The translations under genes and the position numbers were made by a program. DNA of 64,000 nt from Nitrospirota bacterium (lineage in GTDB: Bacteria; Nitrospirota; UBA9217): the NCBI GenBank assembly GCA_963754875.1, contig CAVWHO010000020.1, positions 128,001 through 192,000 of the forward strand. Direction: 5' to 3'. Position 1 is the stretch's first letter; the number at the start of each line of letters is the position of its first letter. The notes under the pieces are model-generated. The model was not told where the DNA came from and searched no databases. It was given only the letters and a program-made list of their open reading frames with translations. Positions 9,430 through 20,897 of this stretch are shown piece by piece.

Positions 9430-12018
9430 ATGAAAAGGAACCTGATAAAGTTTTTGGTGCTGTTGCTTGTTGCGATTCTGCCATTAGCACTCAGTGCATG
9501 TGGTGGCGGAGGCGGCGGAAGCAGTAGCAGTTCAAGCAGCAGTAGCAGCAGTAGCGGCACAACAAGCAGCAGTAGTAGCAGCAGCGGCACGGTCGTCGCA
9601 GCTACTACCCCGCTGACGGTCGCCACACAAGTGAGCGTCGTCGATCCTCATCTCTCCGGTTCCGTAGCAGCCGCAAAACCGCTTGCAGTTGCATGGTACA
9701 GTATGCGCTCATTGCTCAGGTCTGCCCCCAGCGGGACCTCGGATTATAACACCGACAAAACGGAGGTTTATGTACAGGAGCAATCTACGAAGTCCTTCGA
9801 CACGATCAACATGATCCTTTGTATGATGGGACAAACCAAATATGACGCAATGCTGAATCAGGGCAACTATTTGGCCCTCGTTGACAATAATCAGTGCAGC
9901 AGCAATAAATCGGATGCGTCGGCAGCAGGTCAGCAGTCGCAAAACCAATCATCGAGCACTGACATGCCCGATTACTGGAAATTTACGACAGTTTCGACCC
10001 GGGCCGACAATACATCAGATGAGTTTGTGAAGATCTGGCTGCACCAGCCTGCGAACGATGGCGGCGGTCAGGATCCGGAAATGCTGATTTATGTAAACAT
10101 AGTGATTTCTGAAGGTACAAGCTCATTAAACCCCTACGGCATCTTCACCTTGAACTTCGCAGGATACCCCGTCATAAACGGCAGTCCGGACCTCTCTTCA
10201 TCTAAGATGCACGGTACGTTAAAGGCCGTGCGGGCAGTAGCTGGCGATCCCACGAGTAAAGTGCTGCTTCAGTTTGTTCAAAATGACCAACATAGCGACG
10301 GGAATGGCGGTACTGAAAACTCGCAGGAAAAGGTTACCTTGGACAGGCAGCCAGACGGCTCAGCAGGCGCAGGACATGTTTTCCAGAGCTACATAAACTC
10401 CATGGGATCAGGCACTACAGATTTGGATATTGCCTTTAATTCAAGCGACTTTTTCAGACAAGACGTGGTGACCAGCAATAAATTCTGCTTGAGCAGGACT
10501 TTGTTCGACGAAAGTGCCTGGAGCTACGGCCTCTACGACACTACCGGCGCGCGGGTGACACGCAACTCCGGGTTCCCGATATCGTTTACCGATAGTAACA
10601 GCATGCAGCATCAGGGCTATGTCGGTTATTGGGGGGTTTGGACGGACGGTACGACCACTCTCAGTAATGGCGACACGGTAAACAAGATGGACTACAACGG
10701 CGGCAATACGACAACCACGCCCTATACTGTCTTCATTGCCGGCGGCAAACTGCATAAGCATATAAAGCAGACGCTGACGCTTGGCAATATCATCAACGTT
10801 CCGATTCAGTATAGCGAGTGGTCGGGTTCCACAGGCACGAATTACCAGGTTGTGTGGGACGGCACGAATCTCAATAAAGTAGCTTATATGCCCCAGATGT
10901 GCAATGGTAACTGCACGTGGGCGAATATGTCCACCCCTGTGGCGATTGACGTCACTCATCTCACCAACGGAGGAGGAAGCATCAACTTCTGGTCCGATTC
11001 TCTTGGCGGCTCGGGACAGATCGTGCTGAGCAACTGCACGTTCACGTTCGATATGACGACCAATAGTGGTATCACGAGTTGCGCTACGCCGACGAGCGGC
11101 AGCCCGGTAATCTTCTATGCGGACTCTGTAGTGTACCCGGGAGATACGGTGCCGACGTCGTTCGCCTGTTATGACAACTGCCCCACCGTTGATCCCTCTT
11201 CCGGACAGGCGACCATGAATATGATGTCCGCCCCGACCATGACGCCGACAGCAACGAACTATACGTTCAGTGCAACTACCGGTGCTAACGGGATGACGCT
11301 CATGCTTGGAGCAGATCCGGTGCTTATGACAATGCTCACCCCAACGCAGCAGTACGGTATCCAGAGCGGACCGATCTTCGACCCCAGTACAGCGAACATG
11401 AATGCGCTCGATTGCAATTGGGATGGAGACAATGATCCTGCGACGAATACCCAGATATGCAGTTGGAAGGCTTGGAGTGCTCTGCCGGTATTCTACACCT
11501 GGGAAACAGGCCCGGACAACTGGAACCAGTTTGTCGGTGTGAAAGATTCTAATGGCACTTTCGTGAATTTCGATACCCCTCTGATGGTCAAGTACGTCGG
11601 CACCGGCGATCCCTATGGCACGCTTGGCGCTACGTTCATGCTGCAGTACGGTGGGTTCGGACAGTTGCAAGGCATTCCCGGAAAGTGCGTGGACATGAAT
11701 ACCGGAGCGGATGCGGACTGCAGTTTGAGCAACGGCAGCAGCAGCATCAGATACGTCCCACAATTTACGATCCCGACATTGACCGGCGGACAACCTACAA
11801 CAGTAACAGACGGAAGCAACACGTACTATGTGAAGCCGCTCCAGGTTGAGCAGAGGATGAAGGCAGACCCGGCGGACCAGTGCTCAACGCTTGCAACGAC
11901 CGACTTTACCGCATACACGCTGCCCGATATCAGCATCTGGTCAGATCCAACTGTTGCTAACGGTGTTGAGCCGTCGGTAACTTCAGCGCCTGCGGTCATC
12001 GGAGGAGTCGTTCAGTAA
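9430..12018 (+). CDS. Large Ser/Thr/Gly-rich lipoprotein of unknown function (862 aa)
   Basis: RBS AGGAGGAGG; lipobox LSA-C; poly-Gly/poly-Ser linker; many Cys; no CxxCH motif seen. Confidence 0.8.
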   Translation: MKRNLIKFLVLLLVAILPLALSACGGGGGGSSSSSSSSSSSSGTTSSSSSSSGTVVAATTPLTVATQVSVVDPHLSGSVAAAKPLAVAWYSMRSLLRSAPSGTSDYNTDKTEVYVQEQSTKSFDTINMILCMMGQTKYDAMLNQGNYLALVDNNQCSSNKSDASAAGQQSQNQSSSTDMPDYWKFTTVSTRADNTSDEFVKIWLHQPANDGGGQDPEMLIYVNIVISEGTSSLNPYGIFTLNFAGYPVINGSPDLSSSKMHGTLKAVRAVAGDPTSKVLLQFVQNDQHSDGNGGTENSQEKVTLDRQPDGSAGAGHVFQSYINSMGSGTTDLDIAFNSSDFFRQDVVTSNKFCLSRTLFDESAWSYGLYDTTGARVTRNSGFPISFTDSNSMQHQGYVGYWGVWTDGTTTLSNGDTVNKMDYNGGNTTTTPYTVFIAGGKLHKHIKQTLTLGNIINVPIQYSEWSGSTGTNYQVVWDGTNLNKVAYMPQMCNGNCTWANMSTPVAIDVTHLTNGGGSINFWSDSLGGSGQIVLSNCTFTFDMTTNSGITSCATPTSGSPVIFYADSVVYPGDTVPTSFACYDNCPTVDPSSGQATMNMMSAPTMTPTATNYTFSATTGANGMTLMLGADPVLMTMLTPTQQYGIQSGPIFDPSTANMNALDCNWDGDNDPATNTQICSWKAWSALPVFYTWETGPDNWNQFVGVKDSNGTFVNFDTPLMVKYVGTGDPYGTLGATFMLQYGGFGQLQGIPGKCVDMNTGADADCSLSNGSSSIRYVPQFTIPTLTGGQPTTVTDGSNTYYVKPLQVEQRMKADPADQCSTLATTDFTAYTLPDISIWSDPTVANGVEPSVTSAPAVIGGVVQ

Positions 12019-12050
12019 CGGCTATTTATAACTCAAAACTCATAACCTTG

Positions 12051-12082
12051 AAGGGCGGGACAAAATCCCGCCCTTTCTTTTT
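12051..12082 (+). terminator. Rho-independent terminator
   Basis: aagggcggga-caaaa-tcccgccctt followed by T-tract. Confidence 0.85.
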
Positions 12083-12299
12083 CCCTTCGCTTTCCATAAG
12101 TGATGCTTATATCTTGTTATATCGAATTTATGGATTTAGAGCGCTATTTTCCTTGACAACTTCTCAATCATTATAATAACATAACAAATCATGCAAAATG
12201 AAACCCCATACTGCATAATGCAATAGTTTGTATGGTGCAGCATGGCGACTTCATTTAATAGATATAGCTGAGACACTGTAAGGGGAGGATGAATAAGAA

Positions 12300-13322
12300 A
12301 TGCTCCAACGCAAGGCTAATGTTATAATGCTACTTTTGATCATAGCAACAGCGATTTTCGCGGTCACGGCGACTGCTGCGGCACAGAATGAGGCTCCGGC
12401 GGCAGTTGCCACGGAAACGGAAAAGCACGGCGATGCTCAGCCGGTAACTGCGGGCCCGGCTGTCTCCGGAACAGCCGTGCCGTGGTGGATTTGGCCTTTG
12501 GCATTATTCATCGTGACGTTTATCCTCGGCATTCTTGCGGTACTCGGCGGCGTCGGCGGCGGAGTGCTGTTCGTGCCGATCGTGGGCGGATTTTTCCCAT
12601 TCAACATCGATTTCGTGAGAGGCGCCGGTCTTCTCGTAGCTCTTGCCGGAGCGCTCGCTGCTGGGCCCGGCCTTTTGAAAAGGAACCTCGCGAGCATCCG
12701 ATTGGCGCTTCCTGTCGCGCTGATCGCGTCGGCCGCAGCGATCGTCGGCGCAATGGTCGGTCTGGCCCTCAAACCCGACGTCGTCAACACGCTGCTCGGG
12801 GCGACTATCCTCTTCATTGTGGTGATCATGGCTACTGCAAAAAAGTCCGACTTCCCCGTCGTGCCGAAAGCTGACAACCTTGCTCAGAGCCTCGGGATCA
12901 TGGGCATTTATCGGGAGGAGTCGCTCGGCAAGGACGTGGAGTGGACCGTCCACAAGACGCCGCTGGGGCTGGCCCTGTTTATCATTATTGGCATCATGGC
13001 CGGTATGTTCGGCCTCGGCGCCGGCTGGGCGAACATACCCGTGCTGAACCTGCTGATGGGCGCGCCGCTCAAGATTTCCGTTGCCACGAGCAAGTTCCTG
13101 CTCTCGATCACCGATACCTCGGCTGCGTGGGTGTACTTGAACCAGGGTGCGGTGCTTCCTATGATCGTGGTACCGTCCCTCGTGGGCATCATGCTGGGCT
13201 CCATCGTGGGTGTGAAGATCCTCGCCAAGGCGAAACCAAAGGCGATCAAATGGATGGTCATCACGCTCCTGCTCTTTGCGGGACTGAGGTCCCTGCTCAA
13301 GGGACTCGGAATCTGGCCTTAG
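12300..13322 (+). CDS. TauE/SafE (TSUP) family sulfite exporter-like membrane protein
   Basis: GGVGGGVLFVP and GMFGLGAGWANIP repeats; many TM helices. Confidence 0.85.
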   Translation: MLQRKANVIMLLLIIATAIFAVTATAAAQNEAPAAVATETEKHGDAQPVTAGPAVSGTAVPWWIWPLALFIVTFILGILAVLGGVGGGVLFVPIVGGFFPFNIDFVRGAGLLVALAGALAAGPGLLKRNLASIRLALPVALIASAAAIVGAMVGLALKPDVVNTLLGATILFIVVIMATAKKSDFPVVPKADNLAQSLGIMGIYREESLGKDVEWTVHKTPLGLALFIIIGIMAGMFGLGAGWANIPVLNLLMGAPLKISVATSKFLLSITDTSAAWVYLNQGAVLPMIVVPSLVGIMLGSIVGVKILAKAKPKAIKWMVITLLLFAGLRSLLKGLGIWP

Positions 13323-13334
13323 GAGGGAAGAACA

Positions 13335-13754
13335 ATGGCGAACGAAAAAACGAAAGCATCAGAAGAACAAATAGCATACGCAAAAATCCTCAATGTGGGC
13401 ATGTGGTTCGGGCTCGCTCTGCTCGTAGTCACCTTTTTTATTTACATATCGGGAGTGCTTCCGACCTTTGTGCCGATCAACGATCTGCCGAAGTACTGGA
13501 CCATGAGAGTCCACGATTTCAACCATGAGCTCCATGCGCCCATTGGTTGGGGATGGACAGCGCTTGCCGGCAAGGGTGATTATCTGAATTTCGTTCCCAT
13601 CGCGATTCTGGCCGGATTGACGATCCTGTGCTACCTTGTCATCCTGCCGATCCTGGCAAGGAAGAAAGACACAGCCTACGTCGTTATCGCGATCGTTGAG
13701 GTGCTGGTGCTGGCCCTTGCGGCGAGCGGGATTTTGAAAGTCGGCGGGCATTAG
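13335..13754 (+). CDS. DUF1634-like membrane protein (usual TauE partner)
   Basis: 3 TM helices, directly downstream of the TauE gene. Confidence 0.65.
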   Translation: MANEKTKASEEQIAYAKILNVGMWFGLALLVVTFFIYISGVLPTFVPINDLPKYWTMRVHDFNHELHAPIGWGWTALAGKGDYLNFVPIAILAGLTILCYLVILPILARKKDTAYVVIAIVEVLVLALAASGILKVGGH

Positions 13755-13781
13755 ATACTTCAATACAGGAACATTCCCATC

Positions 13782-13810
13782 AAGAGGCGGCCGAAAGGCC
13801 GCCTCTTTTT
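13782..13810 (+). terminator. Rho-independent terminator
   Basis: aagaggcggcc-gaaa-ggccgcctctt followed by T-tract. Confidence 0.85.
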
Positions 13811-13891
13811 CGTGCGCCAGGCAGGGCGATCCAAACAACAGCATGATAACCTGAAGAATGGTCCTTGAAGTGGAGCAGATTTAATTTTTTC

Positions 13892-13919
13892 TTGACAAAA
13901 TGACTTAATGGAATATACT
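13892..13919 (+). promoter_or_regulatory. sigma70-type promoter of the first Ehr operon
   Basis: TTGACA-16 nt-TATACT. Confidence 0.55.
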
Positions 13920-13982
13920 ACGGCATCGTTACTCGGTTTTCTTGTAAAACCTGATTTTTGACAGAGCGGGATTATCTTTTAG

Positions 13983-15974
13983 ATGGAAACGGAACAGTAT
14001 TTTCTTTCAGGCATTCTATTCTTCGTAATCAGCGCAGGCGCCGCACTCGTACCAGCAAAAAAAATCAGAACAACGGCTTACCTTGTCTCCCTGCTCGGCT
14101 CCCTTAGTTTTCTCTTCCTTGGTGTTTACCTAACCGTTGCCGCCCCCATAACGTTCCCTGCGACCTCGGTAACCTCTATTTTCGAGTTTGCCTTGCGCGG
14201 CGACGCGCTCTCCGGTTTCTTCATCATCGTCATTTCCCTGATAACGCTCGCCACGTCTCTCTATTCCATCGGGTTTACGCGCGACATGGAATATGCCGGC
14301 TTCATCGGGTTTTTTTACAACATCCTGATCCTGAGTCTGTACGCAGTTGTGCTGTCTGCGAACATCTTCACGTTCCTGATCTCCTGGGAAACCATGGCGA
14401 TCGCCTCATATCTGCTCGTTATAGTCGAACGATCGGACAAAGCGTCCCGCGCCGGGCTTTTTTACGCAGTGATGACCCACATCGGGACGGCATTCATCAT
14501 CGCGTTGTTCTTCATCCTGTACCGCGCCACGGGGAAAATGGATTTTGAGGGGATGAAAGCAGGCATTACCGTCATGCCGGTCGGTATAAAATCCGTCGTT
14601 TTTATCTTCGCCCTTGTCGGGTTCGGCACCAAGGCCGGCATCATCCCGCTCCACACCTGGATCCCCCGCGCCTACCGGGTTGTGCCTCCGCACATCGCGG
14701 CTTTGATGTCCGGCCTGATGGTCAAAATGGGCATCTACGGCATCATACGCATCTGCATGGACGTCATGGGGCAGGGGCCGGAATGGTGGGGAATCACGGT
14801 CATCGCCGTGGGCGCGGTTTCTGCCCTGCTCGGTATCCTCTATGCAATCATCGAAAACGAACTGAAAGTATTTCTTGCCTATTCTAGCGTCGAAAACATC
14901 GGAATCATTCTGCTCGGCGTGGGCGCATCCATGTTGTTCAAGAGCAACGGTCTTCCTGCGCTGTCTGCGCTTGCGCTCTCGGCGGCGCTTTTCCACGTGC
15001 TGAACCATGCCTTCTTCAAGGGTGCGCTCTTCCTCGGTGCGGGGTCGATCATCCGCGGCACGGGCATCGGAAATATGGAAAAAATGGGAGGCCTGCTCAA
15101 ACGAATGCCCTTCACCGGCCTGTTCTTTCTCGCAGGATCACTCTCGATCTGCGCGCTTCCTCCTTTTAATGGTTTTGTGAGCGAATGGCTTACATACCAA
15201 GCGCTGCTTCTCGGCTACCAGGCGCCGTCCATAACGGCAAAGATCGTGTCCCCGCTCGGAGGCGCGGCCTTGGCGCTCACCGGCGCTATTGCCGCTGCGG
15301 GGTTCGTAAAGGCCTTCGGCATTTCCTTCCTGGGCATGCCGAGGACCGCAGAAGCGCGTGAAACGCGGGAGGCATCGCCTTCCATGCTGATCGGCATGGC
15401 CCTGCTTGCCGTGCCCTGCCTCCTCTTCGGCCTCTTTCCCGGCGCAGCCTTATCGTCCCTGCTTCCGGCAGTCTCTGTCGTTACCGGTGCGACCCCGACG
15501 CTGGAGTATCGCGGCATGCTGAGCATCGGGCAGACGTCAGCCACGCTGTCGCCGGCGTTTCTGCTCGTCACGATGGTCGTCCTGCTGGCCGCAACCCTCG
15601 TCTTCATCCGGATCATCGGGGGAAAACGGCAGACCGTGTATGCCGATTCCTGGGCTTGCGGCATCCCCGGACTCTCGCCCCGCATGCAGTATACGGCCAC
15701 GGCATTTACCAAACCGCTCCGCATCATCTACAAACGCATCTATCTCCCGAGCCGCGACCTCAAAGTGCAGTACACGACGAAGCCTTTTTTTGTCAAATCG
15801 ATCCGTTACGGAAGCGAGATCACGCCGTTCTTCGAACGGTACCTCTACGAGCCGATAACCCGGCTCATCAATATCATTGCCGGCAGGGTCAAACTGCTGC
15901 AGTCGGGGAGTCTTCAGCTGTACTTGGGGTATATTTTGCTGACGCTGATTGTTTTGCTGATCTTCGGAACGTAA
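13983..15974 (+). CDS. hyfB: HyfB/EhrA-like antiporter-type membrane subunit (copy 1)
   Basis: GFGTKAGIIPLHTW, LAYSSVENIG, LPPFNGFVSEW, RMQYTA motifs. Confidence 0.85.
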   Translation: METEQYFLSGILFFVISAGAALVPAKKIRTTAYLVSLLGSLSFLFLGVYLTVAAPITFPATSVTSIFEFALRGDALSGFFIIVISLITLATSLYSIGFTRDMEYAGFIGFFYNILILSLYAVVLSANIFTFLISWETMAIASYLLVIVERSDKASRAGLFYAVMTHIGTAFIIALFFILYRATGKMDFEGMKAGITVMPVGIKSVVFIFALVGFGTKAGIIPLHTWIPRAYRVVPPHIAALMSGLMVKMGIYGIIRICMDVMGQGPEWWGITVIAVGAVSALLGILYAIIENELKVFLAYSSVENIGIILLGVGASMLFKSNGLPALSALALSAALFHVLNHAFFKGALFLGAGSIIRGTGIGNMEKMGGLLKRMPFTGLFFLAGSLSICALPPFNGFVSEWLTYQALLLGYQAPSITAKIVSPLGGAALALTGAIAAAGFVKAFGISFLGMPRTAEARETREASPSMLIGMALLAVPCLLFGLFPGAALSSLLPAVSVVTGATPTLEYRGMLSIGQTSATLSPAFLLVTMVVLLAATLVFIRIIGGKRQTVYADSWACGIPGLSPRMQYTATAFTKPLRIIYKRIYLPSRDLKVQYTTKPFFVKSIRYGSEITPFFERYLYEPITRLINIIAGRVKLLQSGSLQLYLGYILLTLIVLLIFGT

Positions 15975-16051
15975 AGCATCTGCCACAGAAGGGATCGTTA
16001 ACACCGAAAAGTCAGAAAGCAGGGGCCGGGGTCAAGGGGCAAGTTTAACAG

Positions 16052-16969
16052 ATGGCGCATTTTCAATTTATCATCATCATTCTGTTCTCTCCGTTGGTGA
16101 ACGGAGTGATCAAAAAACTCAAGGCGAACATGCAGGGCCGAGTTGGTCCGGGTGTGTTGCAGCCGTATTACGATCTCCTGCGCCTTTTTAAAAAAGACAT
16201 GGTCGTTTCCACGGTAACGTCCTGGATCTTCAAGGCGACCCCGTATATCGTTTTCACGGCAACCATCGCTACGGCCATGATCGTGCCTATAGTGTCTACG
16301 GCATCTTCCTATAGCATGATGGGAGATGTGATTGCGCTCATTTATCTCTTCGCTCTTGCGCGGTTTTTCATGGCCCTCGCCGGACTCGATGCAGGGACCG
16401 GCTTCGGCGGAGAGGGGAGCAGCCGCGAAATGACCGTCGCGATCCTGGTCGAACCCATGATGATGCTCGCGCTCTTCACTGCCGCCATCTCGGCAGGTTC
16501 GACGAACATCGCACGTATCGCCGCGACTTCGAGCGCCGTCTATTCGCCGTCCCACGTGCTTGCGCTGTCGGCGTTCATTGTTGCGATCATCGCCGAAACG
16601 GGCAGGGTGCCGGTCGACAACCCGGACACACATCTGGAGTTGACCATGATCCATGAAGGCATGATCCTGGAGTATTCAGGACGGTATCTTGCCCTCATGG
16701 AATGGGCGCACTATATAAAGCAGATGGTGCTGTTCACGCTTGCGGTGGATATCTTCTTCCCGGTAGGAATTATGCAGGCAGAGGGAACCTCAACAATCGT
16801 TGCGGCATCCGTGGCGTACGCGGGCAAGATGCTCGTCCTGGCGCTTCTGATGGCGCTTGTTGAGTCCACGCGGGCGAAAGTCCGGTTCTTTCGGCTCCCG
16901 TCGATCCTGGGCGGAGCCTTTGTCCTGGCGTTTTTGTCGCTGGTGACGCACATTATGCTGGGGAAGTAG
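16052..16969 (+). CDS. hyfC: HyfC/NuoH-like membrane subunit (copy 1)
   Basis: QGRVGPGVLQPYYDL; ETGRVPVDNPDTHLELTMIHE. Confidence 0.88.
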   Translation: MAHFQFIIIILFSPLVNGVIKKLKANMQGRVGPGVLQPYYDLLRLFKKDMVVSTVTSWIFKATPYIVFTATIATAMIVPIVSTASSYSMMGDVIALIYLFALARFFMALAGLDAGTGFGGEGSSREMTVAILVEPMMMLALFTAAISAGSTNIARIAATSSAVYSPSHVLALSAFIVAIIAETGRVPVDNPDTHLELTMIHEGMILEYSGRYLALMEWAHYIKQMVLFTLAVDIFFPVGIMQAEGTSTIVAASVAYAGKMLVLALLMALVESTRAKVRFFRLPSILGGAFVLAFLSLVTHIMLGK

Positions 16970-17017
16970 ACAACAGGGGGAGCGTTTGTTCTGGTACGTG
17001 GACGTGGGTGCGATGAT

Positions 17018-17677
17018 ATGAAAACCTGGATCGAAGCATTTTCCATAATCGATTTTATTTCCGTCGGCATCCTGCTGACGGCCGTGACCCTGAACGCGTT
17101 TAAAAGCATCGAGTCCTATGTCAAGGCATACACAATCAATTCCTGGCTCCTGGCTGGCCTGATTGCCGTGGTCGCGGTCCTGGTGGGAGAAACGCACTTG
17201 TATATCGCGGCCCTGCTGACCCTTGCGACGAAGGGCATCATCATCCCTCTTTTTCTCCGCAGGATTGTCCGCCAGATGCGGGTGACCCATGAAGTCCAGC
17301 CGTACATCGGCAACTCGCTGTCGCTCGCGATATCCGGCATCCTGGTCGCCGTCGTCTATGCGTCGCTCAAGGAAGGCATTTTCGTTACGGGTTTTTCGAG
17401 GAACGTGCTTCAAATATCCATCGCCGTGATCCTCATCAGCCTGTTCATTATGATCACGAGAAAGAAAGCGCTGACGCTGGTGATCGGGCTTTTGTTCATG
17501 GAGAACGGCCTCTTTCTCGCCGGGTTCTCGTTGACTTTCGGCATGCCCACGATGATTGAACTGGGCGTTTTGTTCGACATGCTCATGGGAGTCATCATCC
17601 TGGGCATCTTCGCAATCCAGATCAAGAAGGCCTTTGCGTCGGCCGACCTGGACAAACTGACCGTGTTAAAAGGATAG
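17018..17677 (+). CDS. hyfE: HyfE-like membrane subunit (copy 1)
   Basis: MENGLFL..GMP..ELGVLFD motif; operon position. Confidence 0.85.
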   Translation: MKTWIEAFSIIDFISVGILLTAVTLNAFKSIESYVKAYTINSWLLAGLIAVVAVLVGETHLYIAALLTLATKGIIIPLFLRRIVRQMRVTHEVQPYIGNSLSLAISGILVAVVYASLKEGIFVTGFSRNVLQISIAVILISLFIMITRKKALTLVIGLLFMENGLFLAGFSLTFGMPTMIELGVLFDMLMGVIILGIFAIQIKKAFASADLDKLTVLKG

Positions 17678-17766
17678 TTCAAAGTTCAGAGTTCGCCCTG
17701 CATTCGCGCTAAGCACTCATATGCGCTGGGTGCAAGCAAAGTACTGAGTACAAGGTAGAAGAAATA

Positions 17767-19255
17767 ATGATTGCAATACTTATCATACCGATCGTCACGG
17801 CGATCATCTGTTACAATATCTGGAACCCCCGCGTCGTCGGCTATGTAAGCCTCGCAGGGACCATCGCCCTCGTGGTTGCCGCGTTCCCGGTCATTGCTGC
17901 GTCCCTCGTTGCGCCGGTTTCGGCAATGAACGATGCGTTCTCCATGGACGCCCTTTCCGGGTACATCATGGCGCTCGTGCTCTTTTTGAGCCTGGCCTCG
18001 GCGGCTTATTCCATCAGCTATCTCGAACACGAGTTCGAAGCCGGGCTCATGAACCCCCGCGGGGTGCGGACCTATTACGGACTGCTCCACCTCTTCATCT
18101 TTACCATGCTGCTCGTGACCATGGCGAACAACCTCGCCATCATGTGGATCGGGATCGAGGCCACGACGATCGTGTCGGCCCTCCTTATCGGCCTCGGGTT
18201 CCACAAACGGCCGCTGGCTGTCGAGGCGGCATGGAAGTATATCATCCTCTGCACCGTCGGCATCACCTTTGCTCTTCTGGGGACGTTCATCACCTATTAC
18301 GCGTCCACCGCGATCATGGGGACCGAAGGCGCTCTGAACTGGACCGAACTGAGAGGCGTTGCCGACAAACTGAATCCCGAGACCATGAAGCTCGCCTTCG
18401 TTTTTGTGCTGGTCGGCTACGGCACCAAGGCGGGTCTCGCGCCGGTGCATAACTGGCTTCCCGACGCCCACAGCCAGGCGCCGAGCCCCATCAGCGCGCT
18501 GCTTTCGGGCATCCTCCTGAACACGGCGTTCTACGGCATCATGCGCTTCGTTTCCATCGTCGAACCGTCGACAGGCAGCGCTTTCACCGGCAACCTGCTC
18601 ATCGTCTTCGGCCTCATATCCGTCGGCATTTCGTCCATCTTCATCCTGGTGCAGGACAATTTCAAACGGCTGCTTGCCTACAGCAGTATCGAGCACATGG
18701 GCATCATCTCCCTCGGCGTCGGCATCGGCGGTCCCATCGGCATTTACGGCGCCCTTCTGCACATTCTGAACCACGCAATTTCCAAGCCCCTCATGTTCTT
18801 TGCCTCGGGAAAGATCCAGTCGCGTTTCGGATCCACGAACATCGCGAACGTGCGCGGCGTGCTTACCTCCATGCCACTCCTGGGAACACTTACCTTTATC
18901 GGCGCGCTGTCGCTTGTCGGGCACGCCGCCGTTCAATATTTTCGTGAGCGAATTTACGGTGCTCAAAGCGGCCGTGGACCGCGGGTTGTGGCCGGCGGTG
19001 ATCCTGTTTCTTGTGTTCGTGGTGATTGTATTCTACGGCGTCCTTTCAGGCTTCGGGAAAATGCTGTTCGGCAAGCCCGAAGAAGCGATCATGCCCGATG
19101 CCGGGCATCATCCGCAGCGCTTTACGATCGGAAGAGTGCTGGCCAACGCCGTCATGATCGTGATGGCGCTGTCGGTCATCGTCCTGGGCTTCAGAGTGCC
19201 TGAGTTTATCGACACGACGATCAAGACCTGCGTGCAGGTCCTCGGAGTGAAATGA
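17767..19255 (+). CDS. hyfF: HyfF-like membrane subunit (copy 1), frameshift near 18920
   Basis: EAAWKYIILC, GYGTKAGLAPVHNWLPDAHSQAP; C-terminus (GTPPFNIFVSEF) continues in ORF 18800-19255. Confidence 0.85.
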
Positions 19256-20827
19256 TGGAAAAGATCCTGAAAAATGCGATCAAGGCGTCGGAACACCTGA
19301 ATGAGTCCTATGATCGAGGTAAAGCGCGATGACTTCAGGAAGGTCTGTTCCTATTTATTCGAGGACCTCCATGCGCTCCTGCGCGTCATGTTTGCAACCG
19401 ACGAGCGGGAACGGGACGGCGTTTTCAAAATATACGCGGTTTTTTCCGTTCCCGGCGCAGACCGCTTTTTCGTTATTGTTCTGTCCGTGAAGCCGAGGAA
19501 GCGAGTTTTCCCTCCCTTACCGGCCGCGTTCCCTGCTGCTCACTGGTATGAGCGGGAGATCAGGGACCTGTTCGGTCTCACGCCGGAGGGGCACCCGGAC
19601 CAGCGCAGGCTGATCTTTCATGAGGCCTTTCCCGCAGGCTCCCATCCGCTCCGGAAAGACTGGTCGATTTCAGCGATCAGACCTCAAGGAATGGGAAGAG
19701 GGGACCACGGTCAAGGTCCCGCACCCCTTCATGGAAGTCGAGGGCGAAGGGATCGTCGAGATCCCCGTGGGCCCCGTGCACGCCGGGATCATCGAGCCCG
19801 GACACTTCCGGTTCAGCGCCGTCGGAGAGACGATTTTTTTTCTTGAACCGCGGCTGTCCTATACCCACAAGGGGACGGAAAAACAGTTCGAGAAACTGGG
19901 GTTCATCGAGGGCGTGAAGCTTGCCGAGCGCGTCTCAGGCACGTCTTCGTTTGCCCACGGCGCCGCCTATTGCATGGCAGTGGAGCGGATGATGGACGTC
20001 GAGATCACGGAAAAAGCGGCAGCCGTCAGGACGCTCGTGCTCGAACTGGAACGGCTCTACAACCACATCGGCGATATCGGAAACATGTGCGCGGGCACGG
20101 CGTTCGGCGTGGGCTACATGAACGGCGCGACCATCAAAGAACAGCTCATGCAGCTCAATGAACGGCTCACCGGCAGCAGATACCTGCGCGGCCTCACCGT
20201 TGTCGGCGGCGTTACGAAAGACCTGTTTGCCCAGGCCGACGATATTTTGAAGACCATCGACCAGGCGACGAAGGATTATAAGGACTTGAAGGAGCTATCT
20301 GCTCGGCTCGGTTTCTCACATCGAGCGGCTCGAGAATACGGGCAGGCTGTCGAAAGACATTGCGCGCAAACTCGGCGTCACGGGAGTGGCTGCCCGCGCT
20401 TCGGGCCTGCCCGACGACCTGAGGAAGTCGCATCCCCATCTGCTGTATGATCGCCTGATCTTCGAAGCCCATACCTTCGAAAAAGGCGACGTCTTCGCCC
20501 GCATGATGGTCCGGTCGGAAGAAATAGAGTGCTCGATCTCCATGGTCCAGGCGCTTATCGAAAGCGGCTACTCCGGCGATCTGGCCGTATCGCTCAAGTC
20601 GGCTGCTCCCTATGCTTCTGCGTTGGGCTATGCGGAATCGCCCCGCGGGATCGCTGTTTTACTGGGTGATGGCGGACAAGGACGGAAAACCGCTTCGCGT
20701 GAAGCTCCGTTCTCCTTCGTACTGCAACTGGCCTGCGGTGCCTTTTGCCGTGCATGGAAATATCGTGCCGGATTTCCCGTTGTGCAACAAGAGCTTTAAT
20801 TTGTCCTACTCCGGTACGGACATGTAA
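19252..20827 (+). CDS. hyfG: HyfG/EhrL-like NuoCD-type large subunit (copy 1), multiple frameshifts, no Ni-binding Cys motifs
   Basis: Pieces 19301-19846, 19620-20450, 20386-20799, 20612-20827: WYERE, PVGPVHAGIIEPGHFRF, ERVSG, C-terminal VPDFPLCNKSFNLSYSGTDM. Confidence 0.82.
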
Positions 20828-20897
20828 ATAGGCAGAAGCAGAAGAAAGGTACCTTCGTAGCCGCAGGCTTCAGCCTGCGAAATGAGAGACATCCATC

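Noticed and set aside
9502..9590. Trinucleotide (AGC/AGT, GGC) repeat tract as a contingency locus
   Set aside because: In-frame, codon-degenerate poly-Gly/Ser linker after the lipobox.
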